Positions 56,996 to 64,000 of a stretch of 64,000 nucleotides of DNA are shown here, piece after piece. How positions within the stretch are numbered: the stretch's first letter is position 1; each line of letters begins with the position of its first letter. Both the position numbers and the translations under genes were made by a program. This stretch comes from an uncultured Candidatus Rokubacteria bacterium (lineage in GTDB: Bacteria > Methylomirabilota > Methylomirabilia > Rokubacteriales > CSP1-6): assembly GCA_963762145.1 (NCBI GenBank), contig CAVXJS010000016.1:53981-117980 (forward strand), written 5' to 3'. The notes beneath the pieces were generated by a model. That model was not told where the DNA came from. It saw nothing but the letters and a program-made list of their open reading frames with translations, and searched no databases.

Positions 56996-59029
56996 GGTCG
57001 AAGGCGAACGTCACGGATCGGATGTGCACGAAATCGACGCCCTGGAAGTCAGCTAGAGGGAACCGGATCTGGTTCATGATCAGGTGTCCGCTGGGTCGGC
57101 GCCGGCCCTCGAGCTGCACGCCGAGCACGTCGTTGCCGACGTCAGCCGCGCCGACGGACACCCGATCTCCGTTCGTGTCCTCGAGGACGATGTCGAAGTC
57201 CTGGTAGTCCACGCCGTGGTTGGCGTCGTAGCCCGGATTCATCATGGTCCGGAAGGCGAGGACGTCGTACCCGGAGACATCGCGGTGGACGAATGGGAGC
57301 TCGAACGTGACCGACGCATTGCCTTCGGCCGCCGTGGACCAACCGAGCACGCCCTCCTGCAGGCCCGGTCCCACCGGCCCGAACCACGACCATGATCGAT
57401 GGATGTCGTAGCCGCCTTCCCTCCCGGGCACGCACGGGGTGTCGTACACGTTGGAGCACCACCCGTAGACCCCCATGTCGGTCACGGTGATGTCGCCGCC
57501 GAGGTGGTTCGTGGTCAGGTCGCCCGGTCGAACGAACCGGGCGATATCCATCCGATCCGCCGGGGTGTCCGGGGCCATGTAGCTCACCGCGGTCCGTGCC
57601 GGGAGGATCGAGTCGGGGGTCGAGACGCCGGTCCACCGCTCGCCCGGCGTGATCTCGCCACCGACGAAGCGCCGGAAGAAGCTCACGATGTAGACGATCC
57701 ACCGACACGCCGTTGGGCCGTCTCGGTCAGCTGCTCGGGACAGTTGTACGCGTCGTTGAAGGCGCCGGGGTAGCCCGAGGACGGCGACCAGACGGTATTG
57801 AAATGGTTGTGGTTGGCCCTGTACGCCGTGACCGTCGCCTTGGGCGTCGTGTCGCCCGGCACGGCGTAGCGGGCGTCGTCGAAGAAGTGGATGCCCTGCA
57901 GGTCTGACACGTCGCCGTCGCAGTCGGGCAGGATCACGCCGAGGGCGACGTCGTTGACCGTCACCCGCGTGAAATCCACCGGCGCGAGCGCCAGCACCGC
58001 GTCGAGCCCGTACGGAACCGCTCGCTGTTGGTCGACGAGCGCGTTCCACACCGCGCCCTCGCCACCACGCGAATGCCCCATCACGCCGGTGCGCGTCATG
58101 TCGACCGCCCCGACGAAGGAGGTGCCGAAGGGGTCGCCGCCCACGGTGTTCCACGCGTTCCACAGATCGAAGTGCTTCTCGAGGAGCAGACCGCGCTGCC
58201 GCATCCCCGTATCGGCCACCTGGTTGCCGAGCACGTTGACGCCGTTGCCACTCACGCTCGCGACGATGAACCCGTAGCTCGCCAGACGCTTGGAGATGTA
58301 GTCGTATCCCTCGTGGTTCGGGAGCGGTTCCCAACCCTCCCGGCAGGGCCACTGATAGCCGGCTCGATCCCCCCGGTAGCACGAGGCGTGGTTCCCGTGG
58401 AGGAACAGCACGAGGGGGAACGGTCCACCGGCGAGATCGGTCGGGTGGGTGACGTCGGCGCGAAGCTCGACGCGGCTCCCGAGTCCCGCCGGCTGGAAGA
58501 CCTCATCGCCGAAGTCGTAGTCGGTGCGGCTGACCTCGAACGGTCCTCGGGCAGACCCGAGTTCACCGTTCCCGAACCCGGGATACGGCGCGTCCTTCAG
58601 GGACGTCCGGCCGGAATCCGGACCTGAGCCCGCACGGACGGTGATCCGAGCGGTGAGGACGGAGGCGTCGGCGGTGACGCCGACCACCGCCCTGGCCCGA
58701 CCCGCCGGTATCCCGTAAGCGACCGGCCTGCCACCGGCGCGGATCACGTAGCGGAGCGCGCGGGGACCGTACGAGCCCTGCACCCGCACGCGGTACACGG
58801 TGGCCGTGCCCGCGGCGACCGCGTGCGACCCGTCCAGATCGATCCGTGTGACGCGCAGCCCATCCTCGGTGCGCACCGGCTCACCCTTGGCCTGGAGCCC
58901 GAAGGAGATCGTCGACGGCGTCAGGGTCGGGAACTGCGAGACGACCCTGGCCTCCGCGATCACGGGGGCGACCATGACGAGCGCCACGGCGATCACGGTG
59001 AAGGACCGAAGGGAACGGGGTGCACGCAT
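56996..59029 (-). CDS. Secreted alpha/beta hydrolase (chlorophyllase/PAF-acetylhydrolase-like), 3' truncated at the junction, frameshift near 57705
   Basis: Signal peptide, PLVLFLHGNH, GYDY..LASYG, GHSRGG nucleophile elbow, CDGDV, ANHNHFNTVW; GAGGAGG SD. Confidence 0.85.
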
Positions 59030-59159
59030 GCGATCCTCCTCCTCGACCTGGGCCGCCAAGGCTACCCCCTCAGCACGACCCGAGGGACGCCGATCGTCCC
59101 CGACGCCAACCAGACGGGCTGACCATGGAGAAAGGTTCCTCGCCGCGACGAAGGGGTCG

Positions 59160-60299
59160 CTACCTCTCCCGCAGGGACTCGGCGAGGCGGTCGACGTCGG
59201 CTTCGTCGTTGTACGCGTGCAGAAGAGATCCTGAGCCCATCTCCTCGACCACCGCACACGATCCGTTGATCGGAGGCGAGGCGGGCGGCCGTGATGTCCG
59301 CGCGGTTCCGAGCGTGCCGCAGGGACACGATGTGCGGCGACGCCCCCGGATCCCCGGGTCGCCGGAAGGGACGCCAGCCGAGCTCCTCGACCTGGCCGAC
59401 GAGTCGTGCCGCCAGGTTCGCGGCGTGGTGCTCGATGCGATCGAAGCCGACCGACGACAGGAGCGCGATGGAGGACTCGAGCCCGACCACGGACGCGTAC
59501 GACATCGTCGAGAGCTCGAAGCGCCGTGCGTCATCGGCCAGTCTGAGCGTTCGAGCGTCGAACGCGAAGGGATCGTTCGTTCCCTTCCAGCCGACGAACC
59601 GAGGGAGACGGTCGCGGAGATGCGGAGCGAGCGCGAGCAGCGCCACGCCGCCGTGGCTCGAAAGCCACTTGTAGCCGCTCGTGACGACGGCGTCCGCGGC
59701 CCATCGGCTCATGTCGACGGGGCCGGCTCCCGCGACCTGCGTCGCGTCCACCACAACGTGAGCGCCGGCATCATGAGCCCGCGAGGCGACGCGCCCGACG
59801 TCGATCTGCGAGCCGGTCGCGTACTGCACCGCACCGAACGTGACGACCGACGTCGCCGGATCGATCGCCTCGATGAGTCGTCGTAGATCGCGATCGACGC
59901 GATAGTCCACGAACCGGAGTTCGATCTCGCCTCGCTCGGCCGCCGCCAGCCATGGATAGGTCACGCTGGGGAAGTCCGTTGCCACCAGGACGACGGTCCC
60001 CCGATCCGGTCCGAGCATCGACGCGACCTGCCCGAGACCCTCGCTCGCGCTCCCGACGACCGCGACGGCGGCGGCCGTGGTTCCGAGCAGCTCCGCCCCC
60101 GCCGTTCGCACGCCATCGAGGAGCTTCGGCCTCCTGCTGGTCGCTTCAGGTGGAGGTTCCCGTGCTGGGCCGTGGCGATCGATGAACGCATGCATCGCTT
60201 CGACGCCGGGGCGTCAGGTATCAGACCGAATGAGGCTTGGTTGAGATACGTGCACCGTTCGAGAGCGGCATAGAGGTCGCGGGGAACGAGTGAGGGCAT
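59160..60299 (-). CDS. Class V PLP-dependent aminotransferase (cysteine desulfurase-like), frameshifted
   Basis: YLNQASFG, DFPS, VVDATQ, SGYKWL, HAYNDEADV. Confidence 0.88.
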
Positions 60300-60332
60300 G
60301 GGCTCATGCGTCCCGGCCACGAGGCGAGCGGC

Positions 60333-60797
60333 TCATCCGGCCACGGTGCGCGGCTCGAAGACGACGACCGCCGTCTCGTGCGAGCGTCGTGCGGCGTAGC
60401 CGTCGAGGTTCTTGTCCGTTCGCGCCAGCGCTCCCACAGCTGTTCACGCTCCTGGCCGACCGCGGCCCTGCCCAGCACTTCGCGGCGGACCCGGCCGGCG
60501 AGCTCGACGACCGCCTCCGGATGGGCCTGCAGGTTCAGCCACCAGGCCGGCTCGGGAGCACCCCAGCCGTTCATGGCCATCGAGATCAGGTTGGGTCCGT
60601 CCTCGTAGTAGCCGAGATAACGCTCCGAGGCTCGCCGCTGCGACGGCCCACCGTCGTGAGCCGCAGGGCGCCCCACTTCCCCGGGCGCGGAGGCCACGGC
60701 CCTTGCGTCCCCCGGTGAGCCGGACCATCCACCGGTGCACGTGCCAGGCGGTCACGACGAACCACCGCGGTGGCAGGCGCGCCTTACCTTCCGCCAT
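60333..60797 (-). CDS. Deazaflavin (F420)-dependent nitroreductase family (Ddn-like), frameshifted
   Basis: RLPPRWF..AW.VHR, MAMNGWGAPEPAWWLNLQAHP, VVVFEPR. Confidence 0.82.
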
Positions 60798-60856
60798 GCC
60801 CACTCCCTCGTCGAGACGGCCTCACGATAACTCCCGCCAACTCGGGGGAACCGCAG

Positions 60857-61424
60857 CTAGCCCTTCCGTTCCAGGTCCAGGACGATCCGAGGAGCTGCTG
60901 GGCCTCGAGCCGGACGTCGGTGACGCGCATCCGATCCGAGGTGATCCGGCGCGGCAGCAGCGGGGCCCCGGCCCCGAGCGTGACGGGACACATACCGAGG
61001 ATCACGCGGTCGAGGAGCCCGGCGTCGTCGAACTGGCCGACGAGGTCGCCGCCGCCGATGATCACACATCACCGTCGCGACGCGCCCGCATCTCGTCGTA
61101 CACCGGACGGACGTCGCCCTGCACGAACCGGATCTCCGCACCGACGACCGACGGGAGATCCGTGCGATGCGTGAACACCCAGGCCGGGCGGTCGCCGTAG
61201 AACGCCTCCCACTGCTCGGGACCCGTGAGGAGGTCCGGATGGTGGTTCAACATCCATTCGTACGTCGTGCGGCCCATGCACATCGGGCCGACGGCCTCGA
61301 TGAACTCATCCCACGAGGACGCGTCATCGCTGTGCGGCGTCTCGAAGAGCCAGTCGAGCGAGTTGCGTTCGTCGGCGATGAATCCATCGAGCGTGCACGC
61401 CGTGAAGTAGACGACCTTGCTCAC
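60857..61424 (-). CDS. Dihydrofolate reductase / RibD C-terminal family protein, frameshifted
   Basis: YFTACTLDGFIAD, LDWL, MGRTTYEW, IIGGGDLVGQF, PVTLGAG. Confidence 0.88.
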
Positions 61425-61550
61425 GCGTCGACCGTACACCGGCCATCCGGTCAGGTGCACCCCTGTGCCAGCGTGCTCGCGGGACAACCCCTCGGCCGCC
61501 AGGTTGCCCTGTTCCGGCCCGGTCTGCTCTGGCATGCTGGGGTCGTGGTC

Positions 61551-62150
61551 GTGCACCCGAGACGGGCGTTCTTGGCCCGTGGCACGTTGCTGAGCGCGAT
61601 CTTCGGGCAATGGGTCGCGCACGCGCTTTTCGACCCTGACGAGTATTCCCAAGCGGGGCTCCGGTTCACCTGGCACGCGTCCGTCCCGATCGTCGTCCAG
61701 ACCATCCTGGTGATCCTGGCCGTGGCCGCCATCGGACCGCTGTCCGAGAGATGGAGGGGCACGAAACCCGGACGTGCGCGCCCGCCTTGGCACATGCCTC
61801 GGTTGCTTGCCTTCCTCGCCACCGCTCAGCCACCCTCTTCCTCCTCATGGAGGCAAGCAGCGACTCGTTCAGCGGGAACCCTTCACCGACGGCCTCTTCG
61901 CGACAGGATTCACCACCGAGGTGGTGATCGCCATCGCGGCTGCCCTACGACGCTCGTCGGCGTCGCGATCGCGGTGGCCCGCGTCGTTCGATCGATCACC
62001 GCCGGCCCTCGTCATCGTTCGATCGAGGGTGAGTCCGACCACGCGCTCGAGGCATCGTTCCTCCGTCCCGTGCTCGTCCTCGCGGGCTCGGGCGGTGGTG
62101 TTCGGGCACCCCCGCATCAGGCTCACTTCTCCCCCTCAGCGCGGCACTAG
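61551..62150 (+). CDS. Membrane protein ending in a RAPP motif, frameshifted, start approximate
   Basis: About four hydrophobic segments, His residues (WVAHAL, TWHAS), C-terminal GGGVRAPP at 62103-62114. Confidence 0.6.
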   Translation: MHPRRAFLARGTLLSAIFGQWVAHALFDPDEYSQAGLRFTWHASVPIVVQTILVILAVAAIGPLSERWRGTKPGRARPPWHMPRLLAFLATAQPPSSSSWRQAATRSAGTLHRRPLRDRIHHRGGDRHRGCPTTLVGVAIAVARVVRSITAGPRHRSIEGESDHALEASFLRPVLVLAGSGGGVRAPPHQAHFSPSARH

Positions 62151-62219
62151 GTCCTCGGCCGGGCCGCGCTCCAGCCACGCCCGGAGATCGGGTTAAGCAC
62201 CTGCCCGGGAGCGAGATGC

Positions 62220-62782
62220 ATGGACAACAACGAGAACCTCGTCGTGGGCAAGCCCCTCCTCGCAGAGCTGGCGGATACTCGCCCCGGTTGGGGCTACCCA
62301 CATGCCCCACGAGGGACCTGCCTGCTGGGATGCCCTTCGTATGGCTGGTGCCACTGCGGCTGTGGTACCCGTCCGAAACAGTCGGAGGTCACCTACGCGA
62401 CCGGCAGCCGATACCGCGGCCGCCCGTACGTGTTCGTGCCCGGACATCATCTGCGCGTTGTGCACCCGCGAGCGGGGATGTGGTCGAAGAACGGAGTCGC
62501 CGTCGAGAAGGTCCGGCCGCTCGTCTTCTGGCTTCGCGAGCGCCACGGAACGATGCGCGCGGTTGCCGACATGGGCCGACATACCGGAATCGACGCTCCG
62601 GGGCTACGTGTACAACACCAAGCGCAAGCGAGTGCCGCCCGAGGCAGCGAGGAAGATCGTCGCTCGTATTGGCCCACCGCAAGCCGCGCAACCCCTTGGA
62701 TACGTGGGAGGAAGAGCCGGGGCTTCGCGACGTGGCGCAGATCGCCGCCATCCAGCCCGCGGCGTCCACACCAGAGCCGTGA
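62220..62782 (+). CDS. Hypothetical protein with CxCGCG..FxxGH metal-binding motif and HTH-like segment, frameshifted
   Basis: CLLGCPSYGWCHCGCG..YVFVPGHH; HGTMRAVADM..IPESTLRGYVY after correcting a shift near 62575; GGGAG SD 8 nt upstream. Confidence 0.6.
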
Positions 62783-62887
62783 GGGCCTGCGCACCCTTTC
62801 GGGATGCTATCGTCCGGACTCGGGAGGACCGGATGCCAGGAAGGGCCGCTGGATGCTCGTCGGCCAGCCGCGTCGCGAGGGAGTTGC

Positions 62888-63521
62888 GTGACCTCCTTCC
62901 TTAGCCGCATCCGGGGCTTGGGCAGGGACACGTGGGCCCAACGCGCCAGCGCCCTCGGGCTCACGTACCATCCGTTGTCGGATCCCATGACATGCGCTCT
63001 CAGTTGCGGATGCCGCTCTTCCGCCGGGGAGGCGGTGGGCGTGTCAACGACGCCATGGAAGGCTCATGGCGCGACGCGGAGGTCCGGCTCCTCAGCCTCG
63101 CGTGGCACACCGCCAAGACGAACCAGGACGAACACTGGTGGCTCGGCCTCACACCGATCAACGCTCGGACGTCACCCCTTCACATCGGCAAGGTGCCGCC
63201 GGACGACCGGTCGATCGACGAGCTGGGACTCGAACGCGTCACCTTCGAGCTCGGAGACTTCAACCGGCAATGGCTGGTCTACGCCGCCAGCGCGGCCGTG
63301 GCGACGGCGATCATCGACCAGCAGATGATGTCGTGGCTCATAGCAGTCCCATCCCCAGTGGGATTACGAGCTTGCGGACGGATGGCTCATGGTCATGCGA
63401 GAGGATCTCCGCGCGAGCCCCGAGCCAGTACGAGCTCGAACCTGTGCTCGAGGCGCTGCTCGCATTCCGGGAACGGCTCCCGCGCGCAGCTGCCTCGATG
63501 TTCGGCTCTACGGGCGCCTGA
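62888..63521 (+). CDS. Hypothetical protein, frameshifted
   Basis: Coding-like across frames (LGLTY.., VTFELGDFNRQWLV, AIIDQQMMSWL). Confidence 0.55.
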
Positions 63522-63602
63522 TGCAAACGGAGAAGATGAAGAAGCTGACTCGGCCACGGGGCATGCGTCCACGTCCCCACATGCCCGGCTAGCATGGCCC
63601 GC

Positions 63603-64000
63603 ATGGATGCCTCCACGGTCTGGCAGTTCCTCCACATCGTCGCGATGTTCATGGCCGTCTCGATCTTCGTCGGTCAGGGCATGCTCTCCGGCGCCGTCGC
63701 TCGGTCGGGGGACGTCGCCGCGTTGCAACGCGTGCTGGCGAGGTCGGTCCGCGCCGGTCGGCGGGCGATGTTCCTCCTCGGGATCGTGCTCGGGATCGTC
63801 ACGGCGATGACTGGCGACTTCGACCTGACGCAGACGTGGCTCCTGATCGCCTATGCCCTCGCGGCGATCATCCTCGTGAATGGACTCACCTATCACCGGG
63901 CGCAGGCCGAGAAGCTCAAGGCGGCGGCCGACGCGGGGGACGGGGACCGGGCGCGGTCGCTCGCGAGCGCGTCGAGCGCCACGCTCATGAACGTGATCGA
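63603..64000 (+). CDS. DUF2269-like membrane protein, runs off window
   Basis: WQFLHIVAMF, GIVTAMTGDFDLTQTWLLIAYAL read from the sequence. Confidence 0.7.
   Translation, partial: MDASTVWQFLHIVAMFMAVSIFVGQGMLSGAVARSGDVAALQRVLARSVRAGRRAMFLLGIVLGIVTAMTGDFDLTQTWLLIAYALAAIILVNGLTYHRAQAEKLKAAADAGDGDRARSLASASSATLMNVI

Noticed and set aside
57000-64000. Prophage or integrative element
   Set aside because: No integrase, structural, replication or conjugation genes and no att-like repeat visible in the window.

Overview
GC-rich (roughly 70% by eye) bacterial chromosomal DNA, densely coding, with no rRNA, tRNA, CRISPR array, integrase or transposase visible. Many genes carry 1-bp frameshifts in patches (about 12.7-14.5, 30.7-39.6 and 42.6-46 kb) while other stretches are clean, which points to low-coverage long-read consensus errors rather than pseudogenes. 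Positions 1-57 kb are housekeeping and catabolic genes whose style suggests a Rokubacteria/Methylomirabilota-like organism (inference, not verified). They include a surface glycosylation trio, enoyl-ACP reductase, uppP, tcuA, an HD-GYP response regulator, tldD/pmbA/TatD/M20 peptidase, a TPP-riboswitch-controlled thiS-thiG-thiE-thiO operon, mutY/mutT, a TAXI-TRAP catabolic operon, def, queG, metH, an orphan CoxL-like Mo-hydroxylase with hydantoinase B/A and a CoA ligase, ilvD, and a futalosine menaquinone cluster (mqnE-mqnA-mqnC, inverted mqnD, TetR). At about 56995 two unrelated genes are joined mid-CDS and the last 7 kb look actinobacterial in gene content (island or chimeric assembly). Best leads: (1) a perfect 20-bp palindromic operator on a near-consensus promoter of the mqn operon with a TetR gene in the cluster; (2) a RAPP-ending membrane protein upstream of a CxCGCG/HTH protein; (3) three families of short intergenic repeats, one always sense-oriented just after stop codons; (4) the mid-gene junction. 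All calls come from motif recognition by eye, with no database searches.
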